A stretch of DNA of 38,447 nt, taken from the NCBI GenBank assembly GCA_046753605.1, contig JBHHTZ010000002.1:1-38447 (forward strand), read 5' to 3'. A program made the translations under genes and the position numbers. Shown piece by piece: positions 1 to 8,400 of this stretch (positions are counted from its first letter, which is position 1; every line of letters begins with the position of its first letter). The stretch comes from Anaerolineae bacterium. Its GTDB lineage: Bacteria > Chloroflexota > Anaerolineae > Epilineales > JAANWY01. Below the pieces are notes generated by a model, which searched no databases, had not been told where the DNA came from, and was given only the letters and a program-made list of their open reading frames with translations.

Positions 1-903
1 GCGATTCTGCCGACGGTGCCGCCTGGCGAATATGGGGTGATTGCCGGCTTCTACTTCACGCCCCCCCAGGGCGGATTTCAGCGCCTGACCACGGCCAATG
101 GGGATGCTGTGCAGTTGGGAAGCGTGACCCTCGCGCCACGCCGCAGCCCGCCGGCAACTCAGCACCGGCTCCAGGCGCCGTTTAGGGACGGACCGACGCT
201 GATCGGGGTGGACTACGACACCAGCCTCCCGGAGTCTACGCGCGTCTATCTGCACTGGCGTGCTGCGCCAGGCGGCCCGTGGTTGGCGACCCTCGCTCGG
301 GCTGAGCAGACGATTGGCACCGGAACCGTACCGGTTGCGCCGGCTGGCACATTCATCACCACGGCCATCGACGTCCCGCCTGACCTGTCGGATCTCCGAC
401 TGGCGCTGGCAACAGCCGACGGCAACAGCCGGCCCGCTCTCGGACCGTGGCGCTGGCCGCTTCCGAAATCATCGGTCCGCCTTCCGGGGGTCAGAGCCGG
501 CGATCGATATCTGGTCTTCGGCGGAGAAATGGCCCTGGTGGGCGTTGAGTGGGAAGTGCAGGAGAATGAGGCGATCGTCGATCTGGAGTGGATCGGCCTG
601 AAGCCCGTGGTGCATGACTACACGGTCTCAGTTCAGTTGTTGGTTGAATCGGGGTGGCGGGCTCAGGATGATGGCACGCCGGCGCTGGGGGCGATCCCCA
701 CGCTGAAGTGGATCGCGGGGACGCGGGTGGTGGACCGGCATCGCATCGAGTTGCCGGCAGGGGCGACCGGGCCGGCGGACATTCAGGTCAGCGTCTACGA
801 TGCCTTCACAGGGACAGCGCTGGCAGTGCTGGACGACCGGTTCCAGCGGGCCGGCCAGGGCCAGGCGGCGGTGATTGGTCGGATCGCGACTGCCGACCGC
901 TGA
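1..903 (+). CDS. hypothetical protein, C-terminal fragment (5' end outside the window); tentatively the extracytoplasmic C-terminal domain of a GT39/PMT-like membrane glycosyltransferase
   Basis: Frame +1 is open from base 1; the track ORF 16..903 starts at an internal GTG. Stop TGA at 901-903. No minus-strand ORF over 60 aa lies left of 913. The block HDYTVSVQLL...GAIPTLKWIAGTRVVDRHRIELP resembles a DYxVxVHL...PTxxW...D motif block I recall from such proteins (memory only). Confidence 0.55.
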   Translation, partial: AILPTVPPGEYGVIAGFYFTPPQGGFQRLTTANGDAVQLGSVTLAPRRSPPATQHRLQAPFRDGPTLIGVDYDTSLPESTRVYLHWRAAPGGPWLATLARAEQTIGTGTVPVAPAGTFITTAIDVPPDLSDLRLALATADGNSRPALGPWRWPLPKSSVRLPGVRAGDRYLVFGGEMALVGVEWEVQENEAIVDLEWIGLKPVVHDYTVSVQLLVESGWRAQDDGTPALGAIPTLKWIAGTRVVDRHRIELPAGATGPADIQVSVYDAFTGTALAVLDDRFQRAGQGQAAVIGRIATADR

Positions 904-913
904 CCGTTTTCAT

Positions 914-3900
914 TCAGTGCGATGAAATCACATACCTCATCACAAGTCCGTTGTTTCCAACAACCCAACCGTTGCTGAGGGTATCATCCATCCAGATGTC
1001 ATTAAGCTGTGCGGTGTATGTATAAGCGACTTGTTCCCACTGGTGGCCTCGGTACCGGTAGATGGCACCATCCGCCCGCTCGTCGCTGCCTATGGCCGCC
1101 GCCGCCCAGACATCGGTAGGTGTGTGGACATGCAAGCCGGTAATGCCGCCGCCATCATAGGCCCCACTCACCAGGGATTCTGTCCACCGTCCGTTGAAGT
1201 ATCGGACAAGCACGCCGTCGCCGCCGGCTGCCCAGCCTTCTGTGGGCGAATACATGGTGATAGTGCGCAAGGGGCCGGCAGCTCTCAGCAGTGGAGACTC
1301 GGTCCACCCGCCCTTGAAGGCGTAGATATAGCCGTCCGCCGTGATGGCCCAGCCCTGGTCAGGGGCCGGCATGAAAAGATCGGTGTACGGCAAACCAGTC
1401 CAGCGGATGCCGATACCAAAGTCCCATCGTTGTCCGTCCCAGTACAGGATGACGCCATCGTGGTGGCCCAATGCCCATGCCTCATTTGCCGAGAAGGCAT
1501 AGACGGACCAGAAGTCTTCGTCGCGCCCCAACATATCTGAGGGCATCTTCATTCTCAAGAAGTGGTTACCACCGTCGAGTGTTCGAAAGATTGTCTCACC
1601 ATCAGCGACGATGAACCCCACGCGGGCGTCCACCATGAAAATGTCCCGCAGTGTCATGGATCCCAATGTGTCCCATCTCCAGGTGTCACCACCGTCGTTT
1701 GTGCGAGCTATGAAGCCCTCCTCGCCCACGATAAACCCGTTCAGTGCATCGGTAAACGTGATGTCGTGCAGGTCTCGTTGTGGGAACTGTGGAATGTTGA
1801 CCTGGCGACAGGCTGGGTTTGTCGAGGTTGATTGACACCAGACACCTGTCGGGGGCGGTTCAGGCGTTGGAGTAACAGTTGGGGTAACAGTTGGCGTCGA
1901 ACTTGGAGTCGTCGTTGGTCGAATGGTAGGGGTGGTTGTCAGGGTGGGTGTTGGAGAGGGTGTGCCCGTGGGACTCGGTGTCCTGGTCAGTGTTTCTGTC
2001 GGCGGCGCCTCGGTCGGCGTACTTGTGCTGCTTGATGTGACTGTGGGGAGTAAGCATTCAACATGGGACTCACATGCCACGAGCCACTCACCTCTGAAGA
2101 GAGCCTCGACACGGACATGGGATCCCACTGGCGCCTCGATAACGGCGTAGCTCGGTGCTTCTTCTGGCAGGATTCCTATGATCCAGCCGTTCAGGTACAC
2201 TCGCCAATCGTCCACGGGTCGATCCGAGGTTATCGTCTGTTGCCTCATTTCCGGCGTACTTCCCGACCCACACCACCCGCCGCAGTCGAACTGTGGAGAG
2301 ATGCCGGCGGAGGGAGTTGCTGTTGCGGTGGGAAGATGGCCTGCCCGGTTACTGACCACCATCGGCAAGTAGACTCGCCGTGGGACGCGTACAGTAGGAG
2401 TCGCCGTCGGGGTGGCCGGCTGTTGGGTGACGACACCCGTGGGCGTCGAGGAGGGGCTGCTTGTCGCAGTGGGGCTGGATGGGGCAGGTGTCTCGGTACT
2501 TGTAGGTGTCGAGGAGGGGCTGCCTGTCGCGGTTGAGCTAGGCGGGGCAGGTGTTTCCGTACCCGTGGGCGTTGAGGAGGGGCTGCCTGTCGCGGTGGGG
2601 CCAGGCGGGGCCGGCGTACTCGTACTCGTTGGCGTTGGTGAGATTGGTTCGGTCGGGTGGAAGCGAAAGAGCCCCCACCCGTTGGTGCCTATCCAGACGT
2701 CGCCATCCGGTCCCACGGCGACGACCTCGATGTCGCCGCTCACCAGCCGGGAGTTGGCCGGCGACAAGCTCAGCCACTCGGCACCGTCCCGCGCCAGCTT
2801 GATCCCACCGGCGGTTTTCCTGGCCGCCTGGTCCTCTTGACCGTCCTGGTCAGTGTCCACGCCCCCACGCGAGGTTCCAGCCCACACGCCGCCCGTTGCA
2901 TCAACGGCGATGGAGGAGGTCCAGCCATCATGCTCGAACACCTCGTAGGACCAGGCCCCGCCCCGGTACCAGTTAACGACGGCGGGAACGTAGGGCCAAC
3001 TCCTGATGACATCCTTACGTGACATGTCAGTGGTCCCCCAGGTACCGACCCAAACCGTCCCATCGGGCCCAACAGCGATGCTTCGAGCGTCGCCCGTGAT
3101 GCCAGTTTCCACGTATGATTGGATTCCGTCAGCTTTCGTATACACCGTCCACTGCGCCGTTTCGTAGTCATAAGCGCCTACCCCTCCGCCCTGGATGCGG
3201 GCGCCCGTGAAGTACGGCGCGCTGGATACCCACAACTGACGGCGACTGCAATCCGGGACGATGCCGGTGATGAGATTCGAGGGGAGGGGTGGGAATCTGA
3301 ACGGATCCCACCAGATATCGGTGACCGGGTTGAAAGGGTCGTCAGCCGTGGCCAGAATGTCGATGCCGGCGCCGGTGCTATCCTGCAGGTTTCCCAGACC
3401 GATCCATAGCTCCCCGCTACAGCCCACCGCCAGGGCAGTCACACTGTTTGAGCGCAAGCCGGCCGACTCTCCACCGGTGTTCTCGACCGTTCGGATGGCC
3501 CAATGATCACCGTCGAATACACTGAGGCCGCCGTCGGTGTACTCCCGTCTGGAGGAGTCCCACGTGGCTTCGCGAGTGCCGAACCACACGTGGCTACCAT
3601 CGACTTCCAGAGCGACGACATTGTTGCCGGCCAGCCCGGTCCAGGGGGGCTGCCCATCGTCATCAGTGCCTTCCTTCGTGAACTGAGACCACGTGTCATC
3701 CTCTGCATCCAGGGTGCCCTGGGTATTCAGGAGCAGCGCTCCCACACCGTATCGGCGTTCCCGCCGATGCCCCGTGCCCACCCACACCTGGTTCGCCCAC
3801 CGGGTGCCAGCTTCGCCGAAAGCGATGGCCGTCACGTAGTTGCTCGCAATGCCAGAAACAGCCGTGGTCAACCGGCCCTCGAACGCGCCCGTCGTGAGCC

Positions 3901-5455
3901 CGAACCGGCTGATGCCGTACGCCCGGCCGCTGACCCCGCCGGTGCCCATCCACATCACGCTCCCCTGTCCTGACCCCCCTGAAGCGACGCCGGCCACCAT
4001 GACCTGCACGCGGTCTCCCGCCAGACCATTGCCGGTGGTGATGGGCTCGCCGGGCACCGGATTCTTGTCGTTCCAGGTGTCGTCCCGCCGGTTCCCGGGG
4101 GTCCCATTGTGATCCAGGACCGAGATGCCTCGGCCCCAACCGTTGAGACTTCGATACGTACTGAACCACACCGTGTTCCCCCATTCGGGATCGTCTGGTG
4201 GGCCAAAAGCGATGGCATCTACGAAGTTGGTTTCAAGGCCATCAGCCGTAGTGAATCGATCGCGATCGGGACGCAAGATAGTCGCATCCCGCCGAAAGAC
4301 GAGAACACCCCGGCCGCGCATGGCGGCCCAGATATAGCCGAGCGTGTCCATCCGCAACTGCGTCACGACACACCCAAACTGGCTGTTTTCCTCACAGTTC
4401 CACGTCTCCCAGGTGTCATCATCCGTCTCGGGGGTGCCGGCATGGTCGAGCCGGCTGAGACCGCCGTGAGCCTCGACCCACTGGCCCGGGATATTCTCAT
4501 CAGGTTGCTCGAAGAGCCAGTGCTGGCGAGTGGCCACCCAAATCCGGTTGCCGGGCACCGGCAGGATGTCAAGAATATTGTTGGACGCCAGGCCGAGTAT
4601 CACCTCGCCACGCCGCCTGGTGAGGGTATTCTCCAGCGTGTAGGTGTGCAGCCACACGTCGTCACCCGGCTCCAGCGTGCCCTGGGTGTCCAACTGGCTG
4701 AGCCCACCTCCCACGTAGGCCTCCAGCTCGGGGTCCCAGTACTGCGCCGAGCCAACCCACACGTGGCCGGCCTCGTCCAGCGCCACAGCCGTAACCTGGT
4801 TCGAGGGGAGACCGCCGTCCGTGCTTTGCTGCGTATAGGTGTACCAGATGTCATCAGCCTGGTCGGCGGTGCCGTTGTCATCCAGCACACTCAAGCCTCC
4901 GTCGGTGGCAAACCACTTGTGGCCGTGCGAGTCGATAGCGATGTCGTACACCGTGTTGCCGCCCAGACCGCTTTGGGGCTTCAGAAACTGGACGTAAGAG
5001 CTGTCGGTGGTATTCCAGCGGACGACGCCGCCAGCGCGGGTGCCGGCCCATATAACAGTGTGCCCCGAGGTCTCTCCCGAGCTTGTCGAAGCGGTGTCCT
5101 GATCCCCGCTCCGGGCCTGTCGAGGGGCTTGGCGAAGGGGGCCTGACGAAGGGTCGCCCTCGACTTCCAGAGCCAGGATGTCATCCCCGTTAGCGTACGT
5201 GTACCAGTGGCCTGTAGGGAGTGAGGGGGACCCGGTCTGGGCGGTGGAAGGCGTTGGTTGCAGCAAAAGAGGAAGAGACAGGAGCAGCGACAGGCTGAGC
5301 AGGAGGAGCGCGACACAAAGCCCAGGCGGACGAATAAACTTGCCCGCCTGAGTGGGTTCGCCACCAGAACACTTCCCCCGGCCAGGCCGGGGGAAGTGTT
5401 GTCTCATTCCACCTGGAGCGCTATGGCTGGCCAGGGCAGGCGGGAGGCAGCCCAT
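914..5455 (-). CDS. P1: secreted multidomain protein. Signal peptide, about 12-14 Reg_prop-type propeller blades, PT linker, 82-aa 4-Cys domain, second PT linker, BNR/Ycf48-like propeller.
   Basis: 1513-codon ORF. Candidate starts are ATG 5455 (GAGG 9 nt upstream, overlaps the G1 stop by 35 nt) or ATG 5407. Hydrophobic LCVALLLLSLSLLLSLPLLL segment. Repeated blades such as VYDIAIDSHGHKWFATDGGLSVLD, VTAVALDEAGHVWVGS...GGGLSQLD and IEVVAVGPDGDVWIGTNGWGLFRF. SPQFDCGGWC...ACESHVEC domain. Asp-box-like TNDGGDTW and TLDGGNHF in the C-terminal 320 aa. Confidence 0.85.
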   Translation of the reverse strand: MGCLPPALASHSAPGGMRQHFPRPGRGKCSGGEPTQAGKFIRPPGLCVALLLLSLSLLLSLPLLLQPTPSTAQTGSPSLPTGHWYTYANGDDILALEVEGDPSSGPLRQAPRQARSGDQDTASTSSGETSGHTVIWAGTRAGGVVRWNTTDSSYVQFLKPQSGLGGNTVYDIAIDSHGHKWFATDGGLSVLDDNGTADQADDIWYTYTQQSTDGGLPSNQVTAVALDEAGHVWVGSAQYWDPELEAYVGGGLSQLDTQGTLEPGDDVWLHTYTLENTLTRRRGEVILGLASNNILDILPVPGNRIWVATRQHWLFEQPDENIPGQWVEAHGGLSRLDHAGTPETDDDTWETWNCEENSQFGCVVTQLRMDTLGYIWAAMRGRGVLVFRRDATILRPDRDRFTTADGLETNFVDAIAFGPPDDPEWGNTVWFSTYRSLNGWGRGISVLDHNGTPGNRRDDTWNDKNPVPGEPITTGNGLAGDRVQVMVAGVASGGSGQGSVMWMGTGGVSGRAYGISRFGLTTGAFEGRLTTAVSGIASNYVTAIAFGEAGTRWANQVWVGTGHRRERRYGVGALLLNTQGTLDAEDDTWSQFTKEGTDDDGQPPWTGLAGNNVVALEVDGSHVWFGTREATWDSSRREYTDGGLSVFDGDHWAIRTVENTGGESAGLRSNSVTALAVGCSGELWIGLGNLQDSTGAGIDILATADDPFNPVTDIWWDPFRFPPLPSNLITGIVPDCSRRQLWVSSAPYFTGARIQGGGVGAYDYETAQWTVYTKADGIQSYVETGITGDARSIAVGPDGTVWVGTWGTTDMSRKDVIRSWPYVPAVVNWYRGGAWSYEVFEHDGWTSSIAVDATGGVWAGTSRGGVDTDQDGQEDQAARKTAGGIKLARDGAEWLSLSPANSRLVSGDIEVVAVGPDGDVWIGTNGWGLFRFHPTEPISPTPTSTSTPAPPGPTATGSPSSTPTGTETPAPPSSTATGSPSSTPTSTETPAPSSPTATSSPSSTPTGVVTQQPATPTATPTVRVPRRVYLPMVVSNRAGHLPTATATPSAGISPQFDCGGWCGSGSTPEMRQQTITSDRPVDDWRVYLNGWIIGILPEEAPSYAVIEAPVGSHVRVEALFRGEWLVACESHVECLLPTVTSSSTSTPTEAPPTETLTRTPSPTGTPSPTPTLTTTPTIRPTTTPSSTPTVTPTVTPTPEPPPTGVWCQSTSTNPACRQVNIPQFPQRDLHDITFTDALNGFIVGEEGFIARTNDGGDTWRWDTLGSMTLRDIFMVDARVGFIVADGETIFRTLDGGNHFLRMKMPSDMLGRDEDFWSVYAFSANEAWALGHHDGVILYWDGQRWDFGIGIRWTGLPYTDLFMPAPDQGWAITADGYIYAFKGGWTESPLLRAAGPLRTITMYSPTEGWAAGGDGVLVRYFNGRWTESLVSGAYDGGGITGLHVHTPTDVWAAAAIGSDERADGAIYRYRGHQWEQVAYTYTAQLNDIWMDDTLSNGWVVGNNGLVMRYVISSH
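1850..2053 (-). other. second Pro/Thr/Ser-rich linker of P1 (absent from P2 and P3)
   Basis: Translation LLPTVTSSSTSTPTEAPPTETLTRTPSPTGTPSPTPTLTTTPTIRPTTTPSSTPTVTPTVTPTPEPPPTG. Confidence 0.8.
2392..2656 (-). other. first Pro/Thr/Ser-rich linker of P1
   Basis: Translation HPTEPISPTPTSTSTPAPPGPTATGSPSSTPTGTET...TPTATPTV. Contains the 3 x 63-bp tandem repeat. Confidence 0.8.
2444..2632 (-). repeat. in-frame tandem repeat, 3 x 63 bp (21-aa units PAPPGPTATGSPSSTPTGTET / PAPPSSTATGSPSSTPTSTET / PAPSSPTATSSPSSTPTGVVT)
   Basis: Plus-strand units start at 2444, 2507 and 2570. Each opens gt(c/t)gaggaggggctgc(t/c)tgtcgc. Read directly from the sequence. Confidence 0.9.
5058..5160 (-). repeat. REP-like element array inserted in frame in blade 1 of P1 (about 32 extra codons relative to P3)
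   Basis: Contains gagcttgtcgaag (5079-5091) plus degenerate copies gggcctgtcgagggg and cctgacgaaggg. P1 reads EGDPSSGPLRQAPRQARSGDQDTASTSSGETSGHTV where P3 reads only QGDT. Confidence 0.7.
5368..5400 (-). repeat. 33-nt perfect GC-rich palindrome (16-nt arms aacacttcccccggcc / ggccgggggaagtgtt around one central base)
   Basis: Read directly. Lies 21 nt downstream of the G1 stop on the minus strand and inside the first codons of P1 (encodes QHFPRPGRGKC). No U-tract follows. Confidence 0.9.
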
Positions 5456-8400
5456 CAGGACCGACCTCTACCAGGAATCCGCCGTCGAATAGCGGGAAGG
5501 CTTCGAAAGCCTTGGACTCGTCGCCTGGGATGTCTGGATCAGACAGAACGCGACCGACGCGCTCCACCGCCACGGCCCCCAGGGCTACCCCTACGCCTTC
5601 CTGAGTCGGGTCACCGCCCTGCTGATTGGTGTAGGTGGCCGAGATCACCAGCGATCCCAGGAAGCCTGGTGGGATAATACCCCATTCGTCCAGATTGATG
5701 TACTCCACCTGTTTCTCATTCAACTTCTCGCACACGTAGTCGATCAGCCGGTTCTGATCGTAGATGAAGATGACGAAGTCGGTGAAGCCGGGATGGGGGT
5801 TCAGGTTCTGAATGGCCAACTCCGTGGACACGCCCCGGTTGCGCTTGGCCGCCAGCGGAACGGAGAGCACGCCGGTACCGCGGAATCCTCCCCGGCCGGG
5901 CCCCAGTTGCCAGTCATAGGAGCCCATCTCCTGCAGGGCGTTGTATAGGACCGCCTCCTGGCGCGAGGTCTTGGCCGGGTCGGTGTACTTCTCCAGCATG
6001 ACCACCGACAGGACGCGTGGGGCCGAGATCGCCGGATCACCCGGTGAGAACCAGTTCTGGGACTCGACGCGGGCCGAACCGACCCAGTTGCCCGGCAGGC
6101 CGGCAATCATCGGCAGGAAGAAGGTCTGGGAGCCGCGCGGACAGATCCAGTCAACGACGGTCTTGATGACGTCGCCACTATTGTCCAGGAAGTAGACCTT
6201 CACCTTGGCGTTGTACGTCGAGCTCAGGTTCTGCACCTGGATGCTGGTCTCCCAGCCCTGGTGCTCGCGGTAGATCAGCGGCGCGTAGTTCACCTGGGTG
6301 CCCAGGCTGAAGTTTAGAGGGTCATCTTGACCCACGTACACGTCAGCCGGCACGCCGTGGTAGGCGCCGAAGTGGTTGGCGCCCAGCGTATCTATAATCA
6401 CCCCCAGCGGCTGCGAGGCCGACAACCACGCTGAGCCCTGCCAACCAGGCCCTACGACTTCGTTCGGGTCAAATGGATAGGACTCGCCAGGGGCCAGGGA
6501 CAGGATGTCCCACACCACCGGCCGGATGCAGTCCCCCTGGCGCTGGAACCACAGCTCCACGGACGTGCACTCTTCACCCGAGTTCTGGACATTGATGATG
6601 CTGTTCATGCCGAAGTAGTCGGCCCAGACCAGAGGCGCGTAGTAGGCGAACCCGCCGGCCCGTGGGTCACGGAACCCCTCGCGGTCGGTGGAGATGCCTA
6701 CGTAGGCCGCACTGCTGTCCAGGTTGGGATCGACCACGTCCGGACACGTCCGGTTGACTGTGACAGCCAGCGGTTCGCCCGTGTGGGCACCGAAGTCAAG
6801 GACCAACTGCTCCCCCGGGAAATCGCCAATGGGGCCGAAGTAGGTGCCGCTCTCGCGATACGCCCGGTCAAACAGCAGCCACTCGTCGTGATTCTGCCGG
6901 ATCAACGGGAATAGCCGGCCACACGCCATGTCAGCGAAGATACGCTCGTTCCCGCGCTCATCTGTCACCAGGTCGGTCGCGTTCAGGGAGTACATGATGC
7001 CGGACCTGGCCCCTGCCGGCAGCAATCGGTTGGTGAAGGTCCAGGCACTGCCGGGGCGCAGGAGCCCGGTGCACTCGACCTTGAGCGGCCCAAAGGCCTG
7101 CGGCGGGCAGAATCCCGGTTCGCCCCACAGTACCAGCAATGCCTTGGTAAACTCGTTCCCCACATTCTGGACCTGGATCCAGGTCTCGCACTCGTCGGTG
7201 TTGATGGCCGGCAACTGAAGCCGCCAGTCCACGCCCTTGCACGGCGACTGACGCGACACCTCGAACCAGGTGGGGTCATCGTCGTCCCGAGGGTACTCGT
7301 CGTCGAAGCGCGGTCCGTCGAAGTGCGGTCCCTGGACGAAGTTCGTAGGCTCGACGCCGGCTGGGATCTCCGGCCAGCCCGGAGTCTCGGACCACCAGTA
7401 GACGAGACCAGCAGTGCCGGCATGGTTGTTGGCCTGGCGGTTGCTGGTAAAGTATTTGTTGGTGTCCGTGGGGTCGAACTGTGGGAACCGCTGGTCGAAC
7501 AGATCGATCTCGTTATAGTCCACCCAACCGTGGTTGAGGACGATGGTTTTCCCGCAGTGCACGCTGAACCCTGGCCCTGCTTCCATGTCTTTGATCCGCA
7601 CCTGGTAACGCACGCGCAGGGAGAAGGTGACAGGGATGGGCGGGTCATAAGTGACGCCGTTGAAGCGCAGCAGCTCGCCCTTGGGCGGGATGGCCAGCCT
7701 GGTAGCCACGCGGACCTCGTCGTCGCCCGTGTTGTTGCCCAGCGTGATCTCTCCGGGCAGCACGATGGCCGAGGGGTCGGTGATCTCAATCCAGGCGCCA
7801 CCGATCGCCGGCGCCTGTGTGCGGAGCAGGAGATCGTCGCCGAAGGCCAGGTCTGGTGGCTGCACGTCGGCATCAATGATGCGGCCGGTGACCGGATCAC
7901 GTCCGGAGACGTGGATGGCGGCGGTGACGCTGCCGTTGATCAGCTTCGCCGGCACCCACGGGTGATCCGGGTCGTCGTTGATGTAGTTGTACAGCCCATC
8001 GTAGAACACGACCCCCGTGGCCGAGATGGCGCCGGTATTGGAGATGTTAACCGTGTACTCGACGATGTCGCCGGCGGTCGGCTCGCCGTCCCCGTCGTGG
8101 TCATCGAAGATGCTCCAGTCCTTGGTGGTGTCTTCCAGCACCGGCAGGGCCAGGGTATCATGGAGCAGATCGGTGTCGCAGATGAGATTGGGGTCGAGAT
8201 CGTTGCAATAATCATCGCCGGAGGGCTCAATGCCAGGCAAGGGGGTGCTGTACTTGGTGCTGGGCACCGCATCCACCCGCGCCCGATTGGTGCCCAGGGC
8301 GATGATCTGGTTGTTCCCGGCCGGGAAGTCCACCGTGAAGCTGCGGATGATCAGGATGTGGTCGTAGTCGTCCGGCGTGCCCTTCGGGGCCAGGACGGCC

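Noticed and set aside
2392-2656. Regularly spaced repeats resembling a CRISPR array
   Set aside because: The units are contiguous 63-bp coding repeats with no unique spacers. They are in frame in a PT linker.
5421-5455. 35-nt G/P overlap as a programmed +1 frameshift site making a G-P fusion
   Set aside because: I see no slippery sequence. P has its own start with GAGG upstream and its own signal peptide.
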